A stretch of 64,000 bases of DNA from Ancylonema sp. (Eukaryota). The translations under genes were made by a program, and so were the position numbers. The DNA is taken from the NCBI GenBank assembly GCA_050230475.1, contig JBFLGF010000073.1, positions 1 through 64,000 of the forward strand. The letters are read 5' to 3'. The notes below the pieces were generated by a model, which worked only from the letters and a program-made list of their open reading frames with translations, was not told the origin of the DNA and ran no database searches. This document shows, in pieces, positions 24,594 through 36,887 of the stretch (its first letter is position 1; every line of letters starts with the position of its first letter).

Positions 24594-26177
24594 AGACTGG
24601 CGAATACTTATTGCCACTGATGGCAAAATTGAAATCTCTGTTGATGTCCACCGCTGGTGTCAAGACTTTTGGGTGCCAATCGCGAAGACGTTCCTATCGC
24701 TTCACTAGTTTCTGGGTACAGTCGCACCTTTATGTATACCTTCATTTTTTGCCGAAAAAACAGATCCAAGCGGACGTGTGAGTGCAAAATCGAATCAGTT
24801 GGGGTCGAGTGGACACAAGGTGGAGTTGGGTGGAGTTCGTTGGAGGTGGGTAGTAATTCCAAGAATCATAGGAGAATACTCATGATTACGGCTTGACTTA
24901 AGCATACGATGAGTGAATAATGATATTACGAACAATAATTCGGTCCGAATCCGATATGGACATTTGTAAGTGTCAATTGCTAACATGTGACGAGCGCTAA
25001 AGAATTGGGTAATGATTGTAAAATACAACAACCCCAACCGGAAAAAGACGTTGGGTGGGAGTGGGCGAGTTGAGCGGTTCGGGTTCCGCCCACGAAGAGT
25101 GGGGGTTGCTTCAAGTGGAGTTGCGTGGTTTCGACAGGCAGTGGATGTGTTGAACAACTCTTTATAAGTTTATCATTGAGACTTTGCCGAATGTCATTCT
25201 TGTAAAATACGAGCAAGCACACCCATTACGGTCATGCGGGGTATAATGTGACTCACCCTAAAAAACGTATCGTGTAGGGGTTTGGTCCAAGCAATCCCAT
25301 TTATAGGCGAAGAATCCTTGGGAAGTGGTGGAGGCCCGAGGCCCCCGCCCACCCAACGGATTTGAATGGACGTGAGAAACGGGTGACGATCCGCGGCTCT
25401 CGGGTGGTGGGGTGGATCGATTTTGGGTGGGGCACACCCTTAAGGTTCCATCATTTTCTAAGCAAGTTTGCGAAGAACCATATTTGAGGGATGAATGTGA
25501 TGTCCATTCAAAGGAAGATGACGCATCAATATACAAAATAAGTTGATCAAGTGCGCGAAACAAGTGTGCCAACGCTGATCGGCATATACCGATCATGTGC
25601 CGAACACACACATGTGCCACTCATGTAATGAAGAATGTCGCCTAACAACATGATATATAGTATGAATGTGACTCATCAACTTCAACTTAATGTCATGGTA
25701 TCCATGAGAATGTGTGCCGATACAAAATGCAAAACATTGCTCATTACACTTGGGCAGTTTGTACAATATTGAACAAATCGAGGAGCAAATTCGATCCTTG
25801 CTATGATCCATGGCGTTATCGTTGACCATCTACCAAGCGGTTTAGAGGCTCGGATATTTATCGCGTGGCATGTACACGTGGAAAACACACGTGGCAAACA
25901 CACGTACCTATTTTTTGGTAGCCATTACCTAATTTATGGTGGCCATTATCTAAACCATGTTCTGAGTATCATCATTCGGTAGAAAGGAGCAACCACATGT
26001 GGTGCAAATGATACATGTATGACATGCGGATAAAAAATGGCGAATATGTTTTGAACAATCAAGCTTGTCGGCAGGCTATAGTCAAGAATGGCACCAACTA
26101 TGGATGTGTCAAATGCACTAGTGTAGCAGGTATCGCTAGACGAACAATGAGTGGTCATTGTATTGCCGCTTTACGTG

Positions 26178-27370
26178 TGTCAGACAATAATCAATGGTGA
26201 GCTTATATGGTGATTTATTGGGGTAAATGGGTAAATGTGCCTATACGGTGGATGGTGCGGGTGCGGGTGTTTGCGTCCTTCATTTGTGTTTGGCAGACGC
26301 GTGGGTATTTTACAGTGACAATTCAATTAACACGTGTCCAAACGAACGTATTTGTCATTAGTGGGTCAAATAGAATCTAAGGTCGTAGTTGTTGCAAACG
26401 GTATGATTGCTCCGCCACCTACGGCAACATAAGCGGCACCAAGGACGGAATACACTGCCAGCGGCATAGCAAGGCGGATGTAGGATCACATATAATTTCC
26501 ATAATGAGTGCCTAGCAATATTCACATCACAATAGAGGCGTCGCAAGTTAGTGATAAGTCTCCAGGATAACGACAAGATGCAAAAGGCGGACTTGTGACT
26601 TATATGTATACTGGTAAGTAGCTACCAGCATCCAGCACTAATATAGTACACGCTCAAATCATACCCAGCTGTAGGGGGTGGATCAGGCGACGTCTCTCAT
26701 AGAATACTGAGCTAGGATTGGTGTAGTCAGTATGTGGGTCGGCTGAGTCGGCTGAAGCAGCGCTGCAAACAATTGCGGAAGAATAGGTAGATTCGTAGCT
26801 ACTAGCATGATTAGATATTTGAACACTATACATACTGTAATCTTTGTGATCAGACCTTAATAGGTCTTATCACACCTCGGGAACCGCTCAACAAATTATC
26901 CCCAAATCCTTGTGTAATTTGTATTTGAGTTCGGCTAGCTTTCAGCCTGTGTGAATTTGATCCATACGCATTTTGAGTATGACTTCAACTTGAGTATCGA
27001 TTGATTGGATATTTCACTTTTGTACACCTTACAAGCGTCGGGCACTGTACGTCCAGGCTGAAGGCAAAAACCCATAGGTAGACTAGGAAATATTATTTGC
27101 CATGTCGTACACGCATGTGTTGTGTTTGCAATGGCTTATGATATCGCGCACATGTGTGTAGCGGACCTCGACTAGGTCATGACTCTATGTGTGTACCTCC
27201 ATGAGAAGAGAGAGAACGCAATTCGCACGTGTGAAGTGCATGTTTCAACGATATTCGTTATAAACAAATGAATCGCACGTGAGAATATGACACGATGCTA
27301 GATGGCACGACACGTGTGTAGCTCGTAGCAAATGAATAAACACACTCGACGCTAGCCCAATCTCCTTGCA
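26178..27370 (+). repeat. Dispersed ~1.2 kb non-coding repeat, copy 1 (solo-LTR-like)
   Basis: Starts TGTCAGACAATA as copy 2 does. Shares blocks AGAATCTAAGG, CGCCACCTACGGCA, GCTGAGTCGGCT, CCTCGGGAACCGCT, GGTAGACTA and GCACGACA with copies 2 and 3. Confidence 0.85.
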
Positions 27371-27773
27371 CGCGGCACTATCCATACGTTTAAGGTGGTG
27401 CGCGCACATTATTAGCTCGGTTCCATTATACGTCAATTTCATTATGGACGTCTATTGTACATGACCATTTTTGTTGTTATGAGTATCAACCAAATTGACC
27501 CAACTAGAAAATTCCCAAAGTGCGTAACACTCTATGCCAATCCCTTATGTGCCCATTGATAAGTGCGTATCACCATTCAATTGCACTTGCCAAATATGTA
27601 TAGATCAAAACAAGCGATATTATGTTGAAATAGACCATGATTTTTGCGGCTAGTCTAGGATGTACGTGCACATTCATACATGTGTAATCTCTCTATCACA
27701 ATCTGTTTAAAATATACAATGGTGGAGGTTGAAAATTGAAGGATTGTTGATTTCTGTGTTTGTAGAGAACGAT

Positions 27774-28061
27774 GACATCCATTTGATGCATCTCCAACCC
27801 CTTCGAAGCTCCAAGTGCCACCATTTGACGAATGCTCTCGAACCTAACAATCGGGTTGAATGTTTGATCGTAGTCAACCCCTTCTACTCTACTGTACCCC
27901 TTTGCTACCACCCGAGCTTCGTGTTTTCCCACCTTTTCCTGTGCGTTCGTTTTCACCCGGAGCACCCATTTCAACTTGACTACCTCTTTCCCTTTTGGTC
28001 GATCGATAAGCTTGTACACCCCATTCACTTTTAGAGTGTTCATTTCACTGTCCATTGCCGC
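27774..28061 (-). mobile_element. Ty1/copia reverse transcriptase fragment
   Basis: AAMDSEMNTLKVNGVYKLIDRPKGKEVVKLKWVLRVK...HEARVVAKGYSRVEGVDYDQTFNPIVRFESIR...LEMHQMDV, truncated before the YVDD motif. Confidence 0.93.
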
Positions 28062-28754
28062 CTTTTGGTTCCCTAAGCTGAGCCCCTCGAGTGTCTTAAG
28101 TCTATGCTTAATTTGTTCTCCTACAGTCTGAGCCACATGCTATTCAATGTAGCGCAATACAACAGTACGAATTTCAAAACATAGAATATATATCCTGAGG
28201 CACCAATTGGATGAACAAACTAGGAACCAAGAAACAGAAGCGAGCAACCCAAAGTCTTCGTTTTTGAAAAAAAAGGGTTCATGTTTGAGGTGCACATACG
28301 TGGTGTCGTTTGAATACAACGAGAGAGGGAACGTACCCCCATGCTTTCAGAGAGAGGGGGATTGTAGGGAATATCCCACAAAATGCGTGTAGAAAATAAA
28401 TTGGACGAAGACTTGGAACATTGGCACGTGTCAATTGCACGTAAAACAATAATTTGAGGATAGGCTCGGATGATTTTGGAAAAGGCTCATTAAATTAGGG
28501 GATGGGCTAGGTCGGGATGGGTTTAAGTTTGAAATGCCATATGCCGAATGAGTAGTGACGTCGATACGCTTGCAACATGTTAGATTTCATCATCCATGTG
28601 GCTTGTCATTGGTTTGTTACCGATTTGAATGACCTATCGATGCAATGAAGTACAAGAGAACCACTGAGGGATAAGATTGTATGTACAAGTTGATATCTCT
28701 AGAGTACTGCGAGGTACGGGCACGAACGCATAAAAATACACACGCTTTTTGTAC

Positions 28755-29675
28755 CAAAAGAGAACAACTTCAGATTTCAAACAATGTGATTTTGTGTGTG
28801 TATATGCTTTCCTTGTGCGTGTGCGAGCGCGAGTCCGAGTGCAAATGTGTGTTTGTATGAAGAGGTGTCATTGTGTAATGCGAATACAACGGTTTCAGAT
28901 TGGAGCATGGTGGCAATTTTTTTTTATAGAAAACGGAGATTTTGTGGTGGAAAACGTGGGGGCAGTGATTGACAACAATACCCGCTCTAACTGGCTACTA
29001 AATGCCAATTGTCAGTGATGCGCAAGTGGTGCCACAATACATCGACCAAAGTTTCTAGGAGTGTCTTCCGGACATGATGTCATGACCAGCGGAGCAATAG
29101 TGACGCTTCCTTATTGTAATGAATAAACCGTTTTATTGCGAAACGAAACACCTCGATAAATACTTACACCCACGCATGTGTCAAACTATCGTATAGGCAC
29201 CCAATCAAATATTGTATGACACTGGTAATTGTAGCTCAGTTGAGTCCGAGCGCTAATGTCCTGTAGCGCGAAAAGGTCGACGCGAAGCTCTTTCTCTCCC
29301 CAGTCGGTAATAAAGTTAGGTTTGCAGCTATGGTTAATGAACAGCGACTAGTTTATTCTACAGGTCCTATTGATCGTGTGATTCCATTCCACCTCTATTG
29401 GGTAAATTCTTTTCTGCTACACGTTTTGCGAATTCAGTAGCTAGTGCGTGCAGGTATTGTTGTCAATCGCTTCGCCTACGTACTCCATCAATAAATACCC
29501 TTCGTTTATTAAATGCTCAGCTACCACGCTCCAACCTTAAAATGACAGTGTGGCCTATTACACACTGACACCTATTCACAAAAACACACACTCGCACTTG
29601 CAGTCGCTTGCGCACATGGAAGGCATACACACGCAAAATTAGACTGCTTTAAACATGATTTTCTTACCTCTTTCT
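28755..29675. mobile_element. Long diverged inverted repeat (~250-bp arms), MITE/MULE/foldback-like
   Basis: Arm 28755-~29005 is reverse-complementary to ~29430-29675. GATTGACAACAATACC is identical in both arms, and AGGTGTCA(T/G)TGTGTAAT and TTGGAGC(A/G)TGGT are shared. Confidence 0.75.
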
Positions 29676-30282
29676 TCATCTAGAAAATGAGATATCGATT
29701 TGACATTATCGACAAGCTGCCGCATACCTTGTGTGCAAAACGCGCAAACTCCGTCATAGACGTCAAACTCCGCCATATAATTATTTGCCTACGTATGTTC
29801 GACGTCATCATCTGCAACAAGACGTTATCGATCGCTATCATTGTGCACGATCCATGTAAGCGCGATGTAGCTCGGCCAGAAATGCACACGAATGTGTGGC
29901 CTTCCACTGCATCCGTAATGGCGATGTCTGCATTCCTCTCCCCCGCCTCCCTCAAGTGGTCGAAGCCGCAAACATTGTTTTAGCGCACCTATGCGTAAAC
30001 CGCATCGTACATTCAATCGATGAGGGAAGGGGTCGTGCGCCAAACTTTAGGCATAAATCAATGAAGGCGTTTGCGCCGTGTGCGTGTTGGCACGGCGCAA
30101 ATAATCGACGAAAGCCAGAGAGATATCAGGTCTGACAATCCAAATATCTAAAAAATCAAATTCGATTTGCAGAGCAGCGCGAAAGCAATCTGTAAGTTGC
30201 TTTTCTGACATCGCTAGCTCAGAAGTGGGACAATATATTCAGGCTGAAGAAACTATACACTTTGGACATATCCGATCCGGGA

Positions 30283-31804
30283 ATGGCGCAAGAAAATGCA
30301 CCCCTCACTTCTACAACTGGCCTTGCCAGTAATCTAGGGGGGGGCATCAACAAGAACGAAGTGGAAAATGCAGTGTCTAGGTGGGAACATATCACTGATA
30401 GCCGTCGATCTGATTACCACATTCCTGTACGTCCCATTGTCGGGTGTATATTGCCGATGTGTGTGGCATTTACTGCAGCGGAACTGTCTCACTTAGGGTG
30501 GCATTGCTCAAGCGTGCCCCAGTAGAGACATGAGAATTCGAAGTCATGGTGTTGAATTATGGCTGAAGAAGAGTCGCTCTCAGCACTCGTCAGGAAGATG
30601 GATGTACATGTGCATTAAATTCGTGACAGATCAATGAATGCATCTGGGGGATTGTGTGAATGGCATCACAAAGATACTGATCGTTGGAAACATCGGCTTA
30701 TTTTAGCTGTATACTGCCCTGAAGTGGAACTTAAATTTTCTTCTGGCTACACTCGTGCAGCTATGAAAAGTACCATTCTTACCACGGTGGGGAGTCCAGC
30801 TCACGTACGCTCAATTACACTGACATGGTGAGAATCTGTATCCTCACGCTGCGTTCCTGACCCTTGATTCAGATGCGGGCCTGTGCATGTATCGTCGCTG
30901 CAGCTTGACGTTTACCGCAAGGAGAATCATTTTGGCACTGTTCTGACCTTCCTTTCTGTTCTTCCTGCATTTGCGTCAGGTGAATAAGTACTACGATCTT
31001 GTTACGAGCTTCTACGAGTATGGGTGGGGAGAGTCGTTCCATTTCGCTCACAGGTAATGGGCATGTCGGACATGACCTTCCACTTCCACGTCCTCAACCT
31101 ATTTGCGACGCAAGACATTTGATCGCACTTTCACTGTGGATTCTTTTTGTGTTCGGCACTGCTGATTGAACGAACGTCTTCTATGTCCTAACAAGGCTCC
31201 AGCCCAGCATTTCCGGACTGTTCAATTTCGTTCTGCTCTACATCACCCCCCATGTCATGGCTGCATCGGAGCCTTTGTTGTGTCTCATATCCTCTGTAAA
31301 TGTGCGTACACTCTTCCCTGCCTCACAATTCCCCCAAACGCGTACCCCGCAGAGTTGATCAGGAGACTCTGCGTGAAAGCATCAAGCGCCACGAGCACTA
31401 CCTGGCTCTAAAACTGCGTCTGGGGCCTCAGAGCAAGGTAGGCTTCCTGGAAGCTTCCCAAGGGACAGTGGGAAGCAGTGAGCTGTCGATGCATTTGTCG
31501 ATTGCATCGCTCAGTTCCAGGATCGAGTGTGAGCATTTCGGGATGATTGTGGGTTGCAGGTGCTCGATGTGGGGTGCGGCATCGGGGGGCCCCTGCGCGA
31601 AATTGCCACCTTCAGGTCACTCATCACCCACACCTGCTCCACTCCCGCTTTTGCTGTCGCAGAATCCCAAATCGAAGACTTCAGACCCCAGAATTCAAAG
31701 CTCAGATCATAGATTTCAGATTTCTGAGTCCCTCCATTGCATTCTCTTTCCACATATGATTGCCCAGACAACAAAAATACACATATGTATACATATGTAT
31801 ACAC

Positions 31805-31837
<33 letters not shown>

Positions 31838-31862
31838 TACACATGTATATATATATATGTAT

Positions 31863-31906
<44 letters not shown>

Positions 31907-34694
31907 ATATATGTATATATGTATATACGCATGTCTATATATATATATACACACACACATGTATATATATATGCATATATGAGGTATTGTAGATATCCTC
32001 CTCCCTCCATATTCCATGCTGCCTAGCACCCATTGCCACTCTGCCCACCCACACCACATGCCCTCATATTCAGCTGCTGCCTGCCGAAACACGACTAGTG
32101 TCTCTCTCTCAACACTCTCGCCTCCCTTACACTTTGTGTTCAGCGGAGCCTCGGTCACTGGCCTCAACAACAACCAGTACCAGATTTCACGAGGAGAGGT
32201 GACCCCCTCCTGCCTCACATGGCTGTCCAACCCACTCCACACTGTTTGCAGTCCCTCTATCACGCACACAACCTCCCTCTCTCCTCCCCCTCATCTACCC
32301 GCCACAAAGAAAAAAGGGTCTTCACTCTCATCCTCATCTTCATCCTGAATTCTTTCACCAATTCCTGATCTCATCAAGTGCAACATCCAGGTGCTGAACC
32401 AAGCGGCCGGCCTGAGTGAGACGTGCGCATACGTGAAGGCGGACTTCATGCACATCCCCGCGGCTGAAGCAACGTATGACGCCGTGTACGCCATCGAGGC
32501 CACCTGTCACGCTCCTGACCCAGTGAGTCCCCCAAGCTGTACGTGTGCCATGGCTGCTTGTCGACACGCTTCTTGTTCCTCGTCTTTTGTTCAATTTCCT
32601 ACCTCCCTATCGACTCTACCATTCGTGTTCCATGCAAATGGAATGAGATAAGGGAAAGAAAAGGAAGAGGAGAATGAGAACTTCGTTGTTTGGCCTTCCT
32701 GTTGTGGTTAAATGTTTAGCCTTTGGAATGAAGTACACTGATGTCTGCCCTGAGTGATGGCGTTGGCCGCATGGCTACATCCCATCCCCCCAGCTTGTGG
32801 ACCGGCAGGCTGGGCTGCTTCCACCCCAGCCCTGAAAGCAACCCGGGGAGGGGTGTGTCCACCGCAGGTTCGGTGCTACTCCGAGATCTTCCGGGTGCTG
32901 AAGCCCGGCCAATCATTTGCGGCGTACGAGTGGTGCATGACCCCGGCCTACAATGCTGCCCAACCACAGCATCTGCAGATCAAGGTGGGGCCCACACAGT
33001 CTGCGCACTCCTGTATGGAACTGTTATGTGTATCTGTAATCGTAGTAGTATGGAAATGCTATGTGTGGACTGGATATCATGGATGGAAGTTTCCAGTGGT
33101 GATCAATTTTTAGGGGGCTGTAATACATGGGACTGATATATAAGAAACTAATAGAAATGGAGTTATCAAATAATTGAACAGTTATGTATGGAGCCGGTCT
33201 GTACAAAGCTGTCATAAACGAGGTTAGTATGTACGGATCTGTTGTATGTGATTCTGTCTGGCACAAACCTGAGAGCTCTACATCAGTATCAGCCCCTCTG
33301 GCAGCCTCTGGGGTCTTGTCTTTCAATTGTAGCCAGTTCCAGTTGTGTTTCTGTGCTTATCCAACCACTGCCACAAGAACGCGGCCAGGTGATGAACCTG
33401 CGCTCGACCTGCAAGAGCCGCAGAAGTCCTTGCAATCAATATGTTGTAAACTCTTCCAGAAATGCGTCCATATGGCTGCTTCTGGCCCTATGGCCTGCCG
33501 TAGCACCGAATTCGCGTTCCTTGTTGGGGTGGGCATGGTGGGGCAGGCAGAGGTAGAACTGGGGAACGGCCTCCCTGACATCCGCACAACCGAAGAATGT
33601 TTGGACGCGCTGAAAAAAGCAGGATTTGAGGTAAGCAAAAACGAATCATACAACACCCCAACCCCCTCTTTCTCTCTCTCTCTCTTCCTTCTTCTTCTCC
33701 TCCTCCAATAAATTCGGAAGCTTCGAACACCCCCCTCCTCTCTCTCTCGAGAAAAGACAGACTTAGGTCCAACCTCCCCCCCTGTTCCCTGCCAGGTGGT
33801 AGAGTCGGGTGACCTGAACGCGAGTGCCACAGTCCCCTGGTACCAGCCTCTGGACCCCAACCACTTCTCCCTCGCCAACTTCCGCCTCACCCTACTGGGC
33901 CGCACCCTCACACGACTCATGGTATAGGGCACACACCTCACCCGGGTCTGGGAGATACAGAGCAAGTTTTAGCCCGGACACTAGGACACGGGGACACTGG
34001 GACACGGGGACACGTGGACACGGGGACACGTGGACTCGAGGCATGTCCCGAATGCCTCTAGATCGCAGTGGAGGGCTGTGTGCTGAAGGATAGGGCGGAA
34101 CAAAAGTACAAAAGTACAGACCGGCATTAGAAGGTTCATGGAAGTTTCTTGCGTCCACATCTGTCCACGTTTGTCCAGATGTGATTGGTTAGGAAGTCTG
34201 TGGCGCGGCTGGGGTGGCAGGTTTGGTTGTTGGAACAAGTGAGGATTGCGCCAGCTGGCAGCTACAGAGTGGCCGAATTCCTGGAGAAAGGGGCCGACGG
34301 GTTGGTGGCAGGTGGCAGGTAAGGAGGGACACCTGGCAGTAGTCCGCAGAGAGCAGTGGCAAGCATGGGATGTGGATGTTTTTTTGGAGGGATATGGGAT
34401 ATGAAGGCAAGTGAGGGGGAAATGGGAGGAGGCATAAAGAGGTTGTTGTAGGTTTTGGAGGGAGGTTGCTCCTGTGCGGTAAGAGTCTTTGGTCAATAAT
34501 TTCGTCCATGCCATGCCATTGTCTTATTATTTTTTGAGAAGGGTAGAGAGGAATTGTGTCGAAGGTCCCGTTTTTTGCTCGTCTTCAAGACAGAGTCACA
34601 TGAACCGTAATTTTCTGGAATGGGTGGTTGGCATTTCAGGCGCGAGATTTTCACGCCTTTGTTTTTCTTCTTGGCAAGGAAACCGTTGAGTTAG
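30283..34694 (+). CDS. SMT1: Sterol 24-C-methyltransferase (cycloartenol C24-methyltransferase)
   Basis: Spliced motifs [127 protein letters not shown]. Confidence 0.95.
31776..31980. repeat. (TA/CA) compound microsatellite in SMT1 intron
   Basis: Long TATATA/CACATG run. Confidence 0.95.
33976..34035 (+). repeat. GGACAC-core short tandem repeat in SMT1 intron
   Basis: About 7 units of GGACAC with 1-3 nt linkers. Confidence 0.85.
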
Positions 34695-36887
34695 AGCAGA
34701 CTAGAAGCATCTCCATTAGTTTGAAACGATTGAAATCATTTGGATACACGTTTGGTTGGAAATGTTAGATAGAAAACCTCGTTGTTGTTGTTGTCGAGTG
34801 AATGTGCCATTTAGAGTGTTTTTTTGCAAGTAGATTGTCAAAAATTGTACGTAGATTCCAATATGAGTCAGGCATTTAATATTAATGTACTACCGCACGA
34901 TGGATGCACATCAAACAAGACATCATCGTTGGAATTTTATATTGGCATGCATGTTTGTTGTGAAGAGGTGCTTTTCGGTTATGTCGCGTGAGATGCCTTA
35001 TGAGATAGAGCCAAGCATGCATGAAACTAACTAACAAAAATTTGCAATGTGGGTCGAAGGATCGTGCACAATTGAATGTTGTGATCAGATCGACAACATC
35101 ATCCATTCCATATGGACTCGCCGTCGATGACCCACGATTTCTAAGTGACACAAAGTGGATGTATGATGTCCCCTTGCACCTTAGGTAGAAGTCAAGTGTA
35201 GAGAATATGCATTGTATGGTTGAGTGCAGCGCAAATTCAGAGTAGTATCCGAGGTCTCAGGTGATGGTGCCACCAACAAGGTTGTACTCCCCAACTTTGT
35301 TTCTTGAATGACCGAGTTTGTCTATTGCGCCTCAACTGTGATCTAAGCATTTTCAAGTTGTCTTCACGTACAGACCATTCTCCCAAGGTTTTGGAATAAG
35401 TACGAAGAGTGTTGATGTAGCGACCATATATTACACCATTGATAATTATTTGAGGGAGATGGCGTTACATCCATAGCGAAGAACGTCGTCGTTGTCGTTT
35501 GGGGTTATGTATGACTTAGGAGAGTGACGAGTTATAAAGGGTGAAAATATGTATACCTTGCCACCCGTGTGCAACGATTCCCGGACAACTTCTACATGTG
35601 TAATCTCTTGCCCATGTCGTGCTATCTAGCATTGTCTACTCCCACATTTAAAATGCCACTGCACTAACGAACATCTCAACACATATATCCCCACACGTGT
35701 GAACCCGCCACTTGGATCTGCATCAAATCGAAAATCGCCTTCTTCTTGTAATACGATCACCACACTACTCGGCTGGCCTCTCGCGTGATGGCTTCTTCGT
35801 AGTCAGGGTTGTCTTCGCTGGTGTGGTCCCACATGTCCACGAAGTTATTTAAGACATGTCAGGCCTGACCGCCCAGTTTTAATCCAAGAGTTTCTACATA
35901 NAATAGAAATGAAGTGTCGACTAACATGCGTCCGGACTACCCTTTCGACCGGATTCACTATGCCGGACTAGGAGCTTAGGCAAATGGACAACCTATTCCT
36001 ACATGCCCGGTTCACTAAATGATATCAATGTTATGAATCAGACAACAATGCAAAAAAATTACATGAATTCTATTGCCATAGATCATAAGTACAACATAGG
36101 GAGAGGGGAGTTTATTGTTGCGTAATTTTTAGCTCATGGGATTCATCCTGATTTCCCTTACCTTGTGAAAAGCATTCCAAAGCCTCTTACCTAGCGAGAA
36201 AAGAACTTTGCCATAGTGCAGGAGTCTTGTAGAAAATATGTAGAGAGAGCGTTTGGGCGCTTATTAGCCAAGTGGCATATTTTAGCAAAAGCTGGTAGCA
36301 GCCATAAATTAAAGTATTTGAAAAGTATATGAATTACTTGCTTCACTCTGCACAATATGACACCCACGGATCATCAAACAGCGAAGTATGATAAGGAGCA
36401 AAGCGTAGTCGACGCAACAACAGCAGTCGTACAGGGTTGTGCGGCTCGTGGTGAAGATAGTGGTGAACCAACTGTCATCCTTAAAACGATCGTGCGCCTA
36501 TATCCTGATTATAGCGTGTGAACAAGCAAGTGTGCTTAATCGATGAATGTGCGAATACAAAGAGTCGCACGATTATAACGAAGGAATTGTTAACAAGCAA
36601 TTACACGGAACACATTCACAAGGAGACGTGAATGTACGTCTTTATTTGGCACGTGCCGGCATTTACAATAGTACGTTAAGTTTCGATTGTCTAACTAAGG
36701 GTTAGTTAGACATCGCACGATTAATGATGTGTTCCGCATTTGGCGGCACCTAGTTCGCCACTCTCGCAGAAGACATGTTAGGCAGCACGTTACTGATCAG
36801 CGAGTGACGCACTCTGAGATACTGACCAGTGAACTGCAAGAGAACTAATCTTTGCGATAGCGTATAGAATACGTTACTACAGTAGAG

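Noticed and set aside
31511..32269. ORFs rich in YIYI/CMYV (also 48932-49320 and 51179-51567)
   Set aside because: Translations of TA and GTAT microsatellites in introns
35380..35880. Possible degenerate retrotransposon gag/protease on the minus strand (AIFDLMQIQ..GSHVWGY; IINGVIYGRYINTL)
   Set aside because: Many stops and only vague motif resemblance; cannot be supported without an HMM search
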